From the NCBI GenBank assembly GCA_021513715.1, contig CP084167.1:160001-224000 (forward strand): a stretch of 64,000 nt of DNA, in the 5' to 3' direction. Below, one piece after another: positions 20,858 to 29,484 of the stretch. Every line of letters begins with the position of its first letter. The stretch's first letter is position 1. The notes beneath the pieces are model-generated. The model saw only the letters and a list, made by a program, of their open reading frames with translations. It had not been told where the DNA came from and ran no database searches. This DNA is from Candidatus Heimdallarchaeum endolithica (GTDB taxonomy: Archaea > Asgardarchaeota > Heimdallarchaeia > Heimdallarchaeales > Heimdallarchaeaceae). A program made the position numbers and the translations under genes.

Positions 20858-21718
20858 TTAAATCAACTCTACCATTCGTTCATAATCCCAGAAGTTAAAA
20901 ACTGGTCCGTCCAAGCAAGTATAAACACCATGGATTGCACAATGTCCACAATGTCCTTGACCACATTTCATTCTTCTTTCTAGCGTCATCAGTATATTTT
21001 TCTTTGAAAAATCCATTTCTAGTAATTCTTTAATAACGAATTTATACATAACTGGAGGTCCACAGATTAAAGCGTAAGCATTGTCGTTATCCACTCTTCC
21101 ATTTATTTTCTCAAATAATGTCGTTACTACTCCAACATTATGGTTCCATTCTCCAGTAGGATCTTTATCAACTGTCAAATGAGTTTCGATTATCTCTCTT
21201 GCGTGCATTGCTAAAAAGTCTTCTTTAAAAAGCATATCATCTGGCGTTCTAGCTCCATTTAGGAAGAATACATTATTATATAATTCTCTTTTATCTTCAA
21301 GATAAAGTAAAACAGATCTTAAAGGTACAGCTCCTAGTCCTCCACTCACTATAACAATGTCTTTTCCTTCCATACGTTCCATGTCAAAACCGTTTCCATA
21401 AGGTCCTCTAATGTAGACAGTATCTCCTTCTTTTTTCTTAAAAAGAGCATCAGTAAATGAACCTACTTTTCTAATTCCAAATTCTAGAAAAGCTGGTCTT
21501 GTTGGAGTCGATGATATAGAGAATGGAGCTTCTCCAACCCCTGGAATAGAGAACATAGCAAACTGTCCTGGTCTGTAATCACCAGTATGCTTTTGTATCT
21601 CAGGATCAACAAATTTCAACTTATAATACCTTGTATCGCTTGTCAAATCGCGATAATCAATTATTGTAGCTAAATGATCCTCATATGGATTTTCTAATTT
21701 TGATCTATCTGATATCAT
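20858..21718 (-). CDS. hydG: Sulfhydrogenase gamma subunit (FAD/NAD(P), 2Fe-2S)
   Basis: PGQF, RGPYGNGF, GGLG, ICGPP, MKCGQGHCGHC. Confidence 0.9.
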   Translation of the reverse strand: MISDRSKLENPYEDHLATIIDYRDLTSDTRYYKLKFVDPEIQKHTGDYRPGQFAMFSIPGVGEAPFSISSTPTRPAFLEFGIRKVGSFTDALFKKKEGDTVYIRGPYGNGFDMERMEGKDIVIVSGGLGAVPLRSVLLYLEDKRELYNNVFFLNGARTPDDMLFKEDFLAMHAREIIETHLTVDKDPTGEWNHNVGVVTTLFEKINGRVDNDNAYALICGPPVMYKFVIKELLEMDFSKKNILMTLERRMKCGQGHCGHCAIHGVYTCLDGPVFNFWDYERMVELI

Positions 21719-22761
21719 ATTTTCTTAACCTCCCGAACACATTGAATCGCTTCGTAAAAAGCATTTGATACTGTTTTAACATTTATTCCAACTGGACAAT
21801 AAGTTACACATCTTCCGCAACCAACACAAGCTGGTTGACCCCATTTTCCAATATACTCTTTTAATTTATGAGTGTAATAGAGCTTTAGTCTCTTTGTCCT
21901 ATCAGGCCTAAAATCATGATCCCCTGCTACTACTGAATAGTAAGGTAGAGTACAACTATCTAACATTCTTTCTCTTACTACTTCATCAGCATTAATAAGT
22001 ATCTTATCTTCAACATTAAAACAGTTACATGTTGGGCATACAAGACTGCAAGTTCCGCAACTTAGACATTTTTCTCCAAATTGATTCCAAAGTTCATCTT
22101 TTTCATAAATTAAGTGAATTATATCAGGCATTAGATGGAAAGGTATAGTTGTTTTGAAAGAATTTTGTCTGTTTTCTTGCCAAGTTGTGTATTCTGCTAT
22201 ATCACACATATCTATTTTTTCACTAAACAAATCTTCTGAAGACATAATAATAAATAATCCTTTACTAGATCCTACCCATACTAAGTAGAAATCTTGTAAT
22301 TCTGTCAAAAACAAGTCAAATCCATCTGATACCATATCAGTTCCTGTTGAAGTACATAGACAATTCTCATCTGGCATACAGGAGTGTCCTACAATTACTA
22401 AGTTTTCTCTACGTTTTTTATAGTATGGATCCTTGATCTGTCCTAGGAATAATTTATCAAGAATTTTCATTGCATGAATATCACAAGGATGAGCACCAAT
22501 TACAATATTTGTCTCATTTTCTGGGATTATATCCTCTGAACCAGATTTGTCAAAATGCTTTACTTTATATCTGGGAGGAGTAACAAATTTCTTTAACCCC
22601 ATCAAGGTCCTTGTGTAGTTGAAAGTCAACTTAGACAAATCATCAATCTTTTCAAAAGAATAATGATTTTTTGACTTTACTGGACCATATAGATTCCCCT
22701 TCTCCTGCAGAAGACTTAGAAATTGAGGAAAATCTTCTTTCATTAATTTATAGGTCTTCAT
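21715..22761 (-). CDS. hydB: Sulfhydrogenase beta subunit (4Fe-4S dicluster)
   Basis: CLSCGTCSLVCPTC, CVGCGRCVTYCP. Confidence 0.9.
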   Translation of the reverse strand: MKTYKLMKEDFPQFLSLLQEKGNLYGPVKSKNHYSFEKIDDLSKLTFNYTRTLMGLKKFVTPPRYKVKHFDKSGSEDIIPENETNIVIGAHPCDIHAMKILDKLFLGQIKDPYYKKRRENLVIVGHSCMPDENCLCTSTGTDMVSDGFDLFLTELQDFYLVWVGSSKGLFIIMSSEDLFSEKIDMCDIAEYTTWQENRQNSFKTTIPFHLMPDIIHLIYEKDELWNQFGEKCLSCGTCSLVCPTCNCFNVEDKILINADEVVRERMLDSCTLPYYSVVAGDHDFRPDRTKRLKLYYTHKLKEYIGKWGQPACVGCGRCVTYCPVGINVKTVSNAFYEAIQCVREVKKI

Positions 22762-22765
22762 TTTA

Positions 22766-22792
22766 ATGTGTGAGATTCAACACATATAAAAA
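22766..22792 (-). promoter_or_regulatory. Candidate hyd operon TATA box with adjacent imperfect palindrome (putative operator)
   Basis: ATGTGT-N8-ACACAT at 22766-22785 between a minus-strand TTTTTATA and the hydB start. Confidence 0.35.
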
Positions 22793-23017
22793 CTTTCGCC
22801 CTAGGTTTTGTAGTGCAAGAATATTACACATATAGTTTTGAATTATCATTCAAATTAGTAAATAATTTTAAAAGAAAAATTTTTAGCTTTTTGCAATAAA
22901 TCGGCCTATAAGATCATTCTAATTATTTAATCTTAATACAGTGAAAAAAAGAAAATGAATTTATTTTTTTTATACTGAGCAATAGTTATAAAAATATGTT
23001 AATAAACAAAAGATTGA

Positions 23018-24013
23018 ATGATTAAAGTATTAGTTACTGGAGCCTCAGGGTGTATAGGACAAGGAGTATTAGGATATCTTAGCAAAAATACAGACTATGA
23101 ACTATTTGGACTGGTTAGAAGACCAATAAAGAATTTGATTAAAGGAGTTACATATCTAATCTGTGATTTAACAGACTATGAAAGTTTAGATGTTTTAATT
23201 AAAGAAACAGGAATTACAGATATTTATCACTTTGCTGCTGCAGTTAATAATGAACATAAAGAACTCTATGAAAAGGTAAATGTTCAAGGAACAATAAATT
23301 TGATTGAAGCTGCCAAAAAAAATAATGTAAAAAGATTCTTCTATACTAGCAGTGCTGCAGTTTATGGAATATTTAAGGAGTGTCCTGTTACAGAGAAACA
23401 TCCTGTTAATCCCATTGGATACTATGCTAAATCGAAAGCAAAAGCTGAAGAATATATTAAGCAATTATGTGAAGAAGCAAAGATCAAAGGAGCAATTATT
23501 AGAATTCCTTTAGTTCTTGGCAAAGGCAGTAGGCATTTTTATACCTTTGCTCGCAAATTAATCAAAAGAAATCTTTTTCCAATTATGGGAAAGAGAAATC
23601 ATAAAATTGGAACAATTCATGCTTACGACGTTGCCAGAGCAATACTTGTCGCTACTGAAAATAGTAATAATAAAATAGAAATATATAATGTTTCAAGTTA
23701 TGATGCTGAATTTGAGGAACTTATTAGAAAAATAGAACTAATAGCTTTTAATAAACAAAGATTTAAACTGAGATTACCTTATACTATACTATTATTCAGT
23801 GCAATAATTTTTGAGAAAATTTCTAGAATAATTAACCCCCATAGAGAACCTCTCTTTAATAGAGAATACGCTCAAATGATAGGAAAATGCTGGACACTTT
23901 CAAATGAAAAAATAATGAAAATTGGTTATAAACCGATGATGTCATTAGAAGATATGATAAAAGACTCAGAAAGAGATTATATTAACATAAAAAAAGGAAA
24001 AAGAAAAAAATGA
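23018..24013 (+). CDS. NAD-dependent epimerase/dehydratase (extended SDR)
   Basis: TGASGCIG, YAKSK. Confidence 0.88.
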   Translation: MIKVLVTGASGCIGQGVLGYLSKNTDYELFGLVRRPIKNLIKGVTYLICDLTDYESLDVLIKETGITDIYHFAAAVNNEHKELYEKVNVQGTINLIEAAKKNNVKRFFYTSSAAVYGIFKECPVTEKHPVNPIGYYAKSKAKAEEYIKQLCEEAKIKGAIIRIPLVLGKGSRHFYTFARKLIKRNLFPIMGKRNHKIGTIHAYDVARAILVATENSNNKIEIYNVSSYDAEFEELIRKIELIAFNKQRFKLRLPYTILLFSAIIFEKISRIINPHREPLFNREYAQMIGKCWTLSNEKIMKIGYKPMMSLEDMIKDSERDYINIKKGKRKK

Positions 24014-24039
24014 AATAGAGCAAATATACAAAAGTATAG

Positions 24040-24984
24040 TTATTTTTTTCTATTTTTTATAAAATCTATCAGATTTAGAATGATCGTAGGGTCTGATAGT
24101 GTAAATATCTCACTTAGTTCTCTTTCACCATCTAACCTTGCTACATTAAGTTCTATAGAGTCATCTTCTGTAAGAACATAACTGGCTAGAGAAGTGAGAG
24201 GGCGTGCATAAACGTCTTTTCCTGGAATTTTGATAAAAAATCTTTCAGGAGAGAGCCATATTGTGCCATATTGTCCAAAAACATAGCCAGAAGAAGTCAA
24301 AACAGAATCAATATATAAAATAGGTTCACCCATACTAATTTCATACATCTCTTCTGTTATATGCCGATTTGAGGGAGATAAAGCTAGTAACGTGTCAATC
24401 ATTCTAGAAAAAATTTGGTCTTCAATTTTAATGTATTGTACTCCATGATCCTTTTCTATTAATAAAATTGTATATTTATCGCCTACTGCTATTAACGAAT
24501 TTGAAGGACCCCCTACCTTGAAGTAATTATGTATTTTTCTCTCGAAAAACTTTTTGAATAAATTGTCACTCATATCAAAAATGTACAAATAATCTGTTGC
24601 TTGTAGTTTTCCTGAAAAGTTACCTTTAGTTACAAAACCGTACTTACTCTCTGCTCCTGCACTGTTATAAATCTCATTCAAGTAATCTGCTAATTCAGCA
24701 AAATTTTCTAGAAACTTTAAAAACTGCTCCTTTGGTTTTTCTACTATAAAAGATGCAGGTGTAACATCCTCTATTTTAGTTATAAAACCTCGTTCATAAA
24801 GGTCATCTAAAACACCATATATTTTGGCTTGAGGTATCTCTGCTTTTTTAGCTATTTCTGAGGCAGTTCCTTTTCCTAGTCTTACCAGAGCTAAGTAAGC
24901 TTTAGCGCTATACTGTGAAAATCCTAGTTGTTGTAATCTTCTTATATTTTTTTCCAACTGCTCTCTCTTTGACAATTGTCTCAC
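24040..24984 (-). CDS. TrmB-family transcriptional regulator with atypical C-terminal PH/GRAM-like domain
   Basis: LGFSQYSAKAYLAL...ASEIAK..IPQAKIYGVL TrmB wHTH; C-terminal GTIWLSPERFFI. Confidence 0.75.
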   Translation of the reverse strand: MRQLSKREQLEKNIRRLQQLGFSQYSAKAYLALVRLGKGTASEIAKKAEIPQAKIYGVLDDLYERGFITKIEDVTPASFIVEKPKEQFLKFLENFAELADYLNEIYNSAGAESKYGFVTKGNFSGKLQATDYLYIFDMSDNLFKKFFERKIHNYFKVGGPSNSLIAVGDKYTILLIEKDHGVQYIKIEDQIFSRMIDTLLALSPSNRHITEEMYEISMGEPILYIDSVLTSSGYVFGQYGTIWLSPERFFIKIPGKDVYARPLTSLASYVLTEDDSIELNVARLDGERELSEIFTLSDPTIILNLIDFIKNRKK

Positions 24985-25101
24985 TTACATGTCTTTTCAC
25001 ACTTGATTGTATATAAATATTACTACTTGAGTAGTAAAAAATCGTAATTAAATGGATAAGTTTATAAATAGGCCAATACTACTACTATAGTAGTAAAAGA
25101 A

Positions 25102-26520
25102 GTGATAGAAATGGGAAATCATGCGAAATATTTGAACGGACTAGCAGTAACATCAATTGTGTTCATTGCAATTGCAACAATTCCTCTAGGAATTGTAGCT
25201 ACAGTAGGAGGATTAAATTCAAATTATAATGAAAGTACAATAACTCTTGATCCTGGAAATTACACTATTCTTAAGTTAGATAGGTCATATTACCATTTTA
25301 TTCAATACTATGTAAATGCTGGCGAAGATGTAAAGGTAACAACGTATCATATAGAAAATTATGTAGAAGACGTATACAACGAAATAGATTTGTATAATAT
25401 GTCTAAAAATGATAAACATAACGAAATAATTTTTGGTAATGATGAAAATAATGCAGCTATATATTTAATAAATAACAATAATTTCTCAATCTCTGTTTAC
25501 TATATAATCGTGAGCATACCAAGAGCTTTTGTTATTTCAGCTTTTGTTTTTGGTGTAATAGATGGATTTTTCTTATTGTTGCTAACTCTTCATACACTTG
25601 GATATATTATTAAAAATTTATTAATAGTCCCTATTACTGGAGGATATTCAAAATATGATGAACGAAAGAGCTATGATAAAAAAGTTAGATATGAAAGTTA
25701 TTATTATCCAAAGGCGAGTAAGCAAAGCCCAAAAGAGAAAGGAAAACCATCTAGCACATCAATTTCTATGACTGAAAGCAATTATGATAACGACAGAATA
25801 AAAACTTCAACAGGAACTACTGTAACTGCTTCAGTTGAAACTAAAAGAAGATACATTCCTGCAATAGCAAATATCTCAGAGAATTTTGTTGTAGCAAGAT
25901 CACCTAAAACTTATAATAACAAACACAGATTTGTAAACACTTTTCGTTATTATTATGATCAAACAGACATAAACGAACGAGTTCTTATACTATTTGCAAC
26001 TTTCTTCTTCTTGATTGGTTGTTTCACAGGTACTTTTTGGAATATCTTTGCTATGCCCATTATAATAGGTATAATTACAGCAATTGTATTTTATAATTCA
26101 AGAAACAGAAGAGAAAAAATAGTTCAACTAGTACAAGCTTATGGAGCAATATATGTTCGAGATCTTGCAAAAATGGTTAATGCCCCATATAAGATAGTTC
26201 AACGTGATGTCTGGAAGATTATCAACTTGGGACTTGCAAATATAGCATATGATATAAAAAACGATATTATTTTTATTCCTGGAATACAAAATTCAGAGCA
26301 AGCTAAAAAAGCAAAGCATGAATACTCTACAAGAAGAGCGACTTTTCCAACACATCAACCTTTATCAACCAGCAAGCAATCAACTGAATTTGACAAAATT
26401 CTTTCTGTATCTTCCTCTGTTGATGATAAAGAAATAATTTGCCCCTTCTGTGAGGCAAAAAACCCTGGAGACAGTTCATTTTGTATAAAATGTGGTGCTT
26501 CACTAAAACCTGCTAAATAA
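25102..26520 (+). CDS. Membrane protein with PCI-like winged helix and C-terminal zinc ribbon
   Basis: Several hydrophobic TM segments; IYVRDLAKMVN...IINLGLANIAYD; CPFC...CIKCG. Confidence 0.65.
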   Translation: MIEMGNHAKYLNGLAVTSIVFIAIATIPLGIVATVGGLNSNYNESTITLDPGNYTILKLDRSYYHFIQYYVNAGEDVKVTTYHIENYVEDVYNEIDLYNMSKNDKHNEIIFGNDENNAAIYLINNNNFSISVYYIIVSIPRAFVISAFVFGVIDGFFLLLLTLHTLGYIIKNLLIVPITGGYSKYDERKSYDKKVRYESYYYPKASKQSPKEKGKPSSTSISMTESNYDNDRIKTSTGTTVTASVETKRRYIPAIANISENFVVARSPKTYNNKHRFVNTFRYYYDQTDINERVLILFATFFFLIGCFTGTFWNIFAMPIIIGIITAIVFYNSRNRREKIVQLVQAYGAIYVRDLAKMVNAPYKIVQRDVWKIINLGLANIAYDIKNDIIFIPGIQNSEQAKKAKHEYSTRRATFPTHQPLSTSKQSTEFDKILSVSSSVDDKEIICPFCEAKNPGDSSFCIKCGASLKPAK

Positions 26521-26591
26521 TATTTACAATCTTTCCTCTTTTTCCTCTTTTTTTCTTTTTTTATCTTTCTTCTTCTTTAGAAGGAATCTAG

Positions 26592-28439
26592 TTATCTTAT
26601 ATGTTCTCCTGGGCATTCTACTTTATCAATTTCATCATAGTTTCCTATAGTTTTTTGAATAAAACAACTATCTACTAGTTCTCCTTTTAAGTTATAAAAT
26701 CTCCACCACATATGATCTTTTAATTTAGAAATAATTTTTTCATTAACAAAAGATCTTAATTTATCTTGATCTGTAAATATTTCTTTATTTTTTCTTTTTT
26801 CTTTTTTAGTAAAATAATAATAAAGTTTGATATTTTTTACTGCTCTTTTTCGAACCTCCTCAATTAACATATCAAACTCTCTTCTCTGTTCTTCATTTTT
26901 CTTATTTTCTTTTGGTGGAATATAAATAACTGCATATCCTCTTGCCTTTTCTCCTTCTTCATCTCTATCTATTTTATAATCTACAATGTTTCTTAAGAAA
27001 TCAAAATAGTTTATTGGAGTCTTTCCAGATAGTCCTATACAACAATAATGAGTTTTGTCCACTTCTGATCTTTGATACATGTGATCATGCCCAAATACTG
27101 CTAGATTAATATCATATGAGCTAAATAGAGGAATTAAGCTTCTATTTGCTAGAGCATCAGAGGATTTTCCTTGTGTTCTCCCAAAGTAACCTATTGTTAG
27201 AATTGCTGAATGTAGAAAAACCATACAAAATTCTGGTTCTTCATCATTTTTCTTCTGATTTTTTCTCCACTCTCTAAGTTGATATTTTATCCATTCATAT
27301 TGTCTACTTCCACAATATATTGATTCATTTCCCCAATTCAATCCCATTGAGTCTAGGTGAATAATTTTTACATTCCCATTCATATGGGTATAAAAGGCTC
27401 CATGAGGATTAGTTCTTGGAATGTGAAAGAGTGAATGGAAGCTTTTTTGAGTTTTTTTCCAACAAGAAAGATAAGTTCCTCTAAATATCCCTCCAAATAG
27501 ATAATCATGGTTTCCTATAGTGGGATAAATAGGAATTCTAGATAGAACTTTTGAGCTACAATCAAAGAAATCTTCCCAATATTCATGATAAGAACCATTA
27601 TCTATATTGTCTCCAGAAGTCAAAAAAGCGTTGTAACCATGATTAAAACTATATATATTCTCATTTTCTGTAATATCATTCATTAATTCTTTCAGATGTT
27701 TATTGTTTCGTGGAAATAAGCCCCATACTCTTCCTCTTTTAAATTTAGCTCCTGCACCTGCATGTAAATCTGATGCTGCAACAAAGAAAAAAGGTTCATA
27801 GGGACTATTTTTATAGGTTTTAAACGACAATAAATCTGTTCCACAGATAATCCTATTAATATCAGAATAACAGACTATTTGATAAAAATATACTTGATTT
27901 TCTTTTAATTTTGGAAGGAAACACAAAAAAATTTGAGGAGCTAAAGAAACAGGATGCCCTTGAAAGCTTGAAGAATGTAAAAAAGGTACTTCTGCGATCT
28001 TTACTTTTTTTTCATTATAAAGAGAAAAAATTACTTTTCCTTTAGGCTTACTCTGTGAAGGATATTTTTTGTTTATTAAAACTACTTTTTTAGCAAGATT
28101 TTTTCCTAGATATCCATAATCAACTGCTAAAACAAACAAATGGTCAGTTGGCTCAAGAGTTGGTTTTTGGATCATTACTTTGTTTAACAAATAAGGAATA
28201 TCTTTTTCACTTATTGGTTCTCCTTCCATTTCTTCATAAGAAACAGCTGGAAAAAGAGAGAGATCCAATAAGGGAATATTTTCTTCTTGTGTAATTCTTC
28301 TTGCTGATTCTTTTAAACTAGAATATTCTGTTATTTTTTGACGATAGACCCACGAGTCAATCTTATCTTCAGGAGGAATAATTTCTTGCTTAACCATTTT
28401 CAGTCTTAGAGAACATTCATTAATTAAAAATTTTGTCAA
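26592..28439 (-). CDS. Metallophosphoesterase (purple acid phosphatase-like)
   Basis: DLH, GDNID, GNHD, H, GHDH motifs. Confidence 0.85.
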   Translation of the reverse strand: MTKFLINECSLRLKMVKQEIIPPEDKIDSWVYRQKITEYSSLKESARRITQEENIPLLDLSLFPAVSYEEMEGEPISEKDIPYLLNKVMIQKPTLEPTDHLFVLAVDYGYLGKNLAKKVVLINKKYPSQSKPKGKVIFSLYNEKKVKIAEVPFLHSSSFQGHPVSLAPQIFLCFLPKLKENQVYFYQIVCYSDINRIICGTDLLSFKTYKNSPYEPFFFVAASDLHAGAGAKFKRGRVWGLFPRNNKHLKELMNDITENENIYSFNHGYNAFLTSGDNIDNGSYHEYWEDFFDCSSKVLSRIPIYPTIGNHDYLFGGIFRGTYLSCWKKTQKSFHSLFHIPRTNPHGAFYTHMNGNVKIIHLDSMGLNWGNESIYCGSRQYEWIKYQLREWRKNQKKNDEEPEFCMVFLHSAILTIGYFGRTQGKSSDALANRSLIPLFSSYDINLAVFGHDHMYQRSEVDKTHYCCIGLSGKTPINYFDFLRNIVDYKIDRDEEGEKARGYAVIYIPPKENKKNEEQRREFDMLIEEVRKRAVKNIKLYYYFTKKEKRKNKEIFTDQDKLRSFVNEKIISKLKDHMWWRFYNLKGELVDSCFIQKTIGNYDEIDKVECPGEHIR

Positions 28440-28471
28440 TTAAAAACTCAAATTAAAAAAAATAAAGGATG

Positions 28472-29473
28472 TTAATGAACAACTCTTGTAAGTTTAGTTC
28501 CACAACGAGGACAAGAATAGGTGTTTGGAGGTATTTCCAATCCACAACTTGGACAGAACTTTATTTTTGGCCCCTCTCTTCTTTCTGGGGATTTAATAGG
28601 TTTAAGTAAAAGACCTTGTTCTGTAACTTGCCAAGAAAAAAGAAAGACCCCACCTAACTGTCTCATTGCTTCTTCAGGAATACTTAATCTTCCTTGATTA
28701 TCAGGAACAAGTAATCTAGTTTGGTCTAGATTTTCTAAATCGAATCCCATTCCATGTTCTCCAATAATTATCCCATCCCTAATTTCTAGTGACCTATTTG
28801 AGAAATCAGCTACAATAGGGTCATGAGAGCAGATAAGATAACTTGTTCCAAATTCATTAGAGAGTTCTGTAAACAATTCTAAAATTTGTACTGAGGTTTC
28901 AGCATCTACAGCGCCTGTTGGTTCATCTGCAAGTATTATCTCTGGGTTGTTAGCTAAAGCTCTAGCAATAGCTACTCTTTGCCTTTCTCCTCCAGAAAGT
29001 TTTGTAGGAATATGATGTCTTCTATGATAAATACCCAATCTTTGCATAAGTTCTTTTGATTTTCTTTTTATTTCTAAATAAGGAGTATTTAAGAGTTTCA
29101 TTGGCATTTCAATATTTTTCTCTGCACTTAGATGTGGTAAAAGGTTTTGTTCTTGAAAAACATAACCTATCTTCTTTCTTCTAAACTCAAAAAGAAACTT
29201 TTCTGGTAATTTAGTTATATCTGTTCCATCGCTAAATATTATTTGACCTGCTGATGGTTTTAACATTCCACCTAAGCTTAGAAGCAATGTTGATTTTCCT
29301 GCTCCTGAAGGTCCAATGATCGAAAGTATCTCTCCTTTTTTAATGTCAAAACTTACTCCTCTTAGAGCCACTACTTTATTTTCTAGTTCAGTCCCATATA
29401 CATGATAAAGGTCTAAACACTGTAAAGCAAGATCCTCAGGTAGTTCTTTTTTTTCTGTAATTCCTGTATACAT
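28472..29473 (-). CDS. ABC transporter ATPase (LolD/MacB-like) with AbrB-like and zinc-ribbon extension
   Basis: GPSGAGKS, LSGGE, DEPTG; DNQGRLSIP; CPSC...CPRC. Confidence 0.9.
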   Translation of the reverse strand: MYTGITEKKELPEDLALQCLDLYHVYGTELENKVVALRGVSFDIKKGEILSIIGPSGAGKSTLLLSLGGMLKPSAGQIIFSDGTDITKLPEKFLFEFRRKKIGYVFQEQNLLPHLSAEKNIEMPMKLLNTPYLEIKRKSKELMQRLGIYHRRHHIPTKLSGGERQRVAIARALANNPEIILADEPTGAVDAETSVQILELFTELSNEFGTSYLICSHDPIVADFSNRSLEIRDGIIIGEHGMGFDLENLDQTRLLVPDNQGRLSIPEEAMRQLGGVFLFSWQVTEQGLLLKPIKSPERREGPKIKFCPSCGLEIPPNTYSCPRCGTKLTRVVH

Positions 29474-29484
29474 TTTTTAATCAC

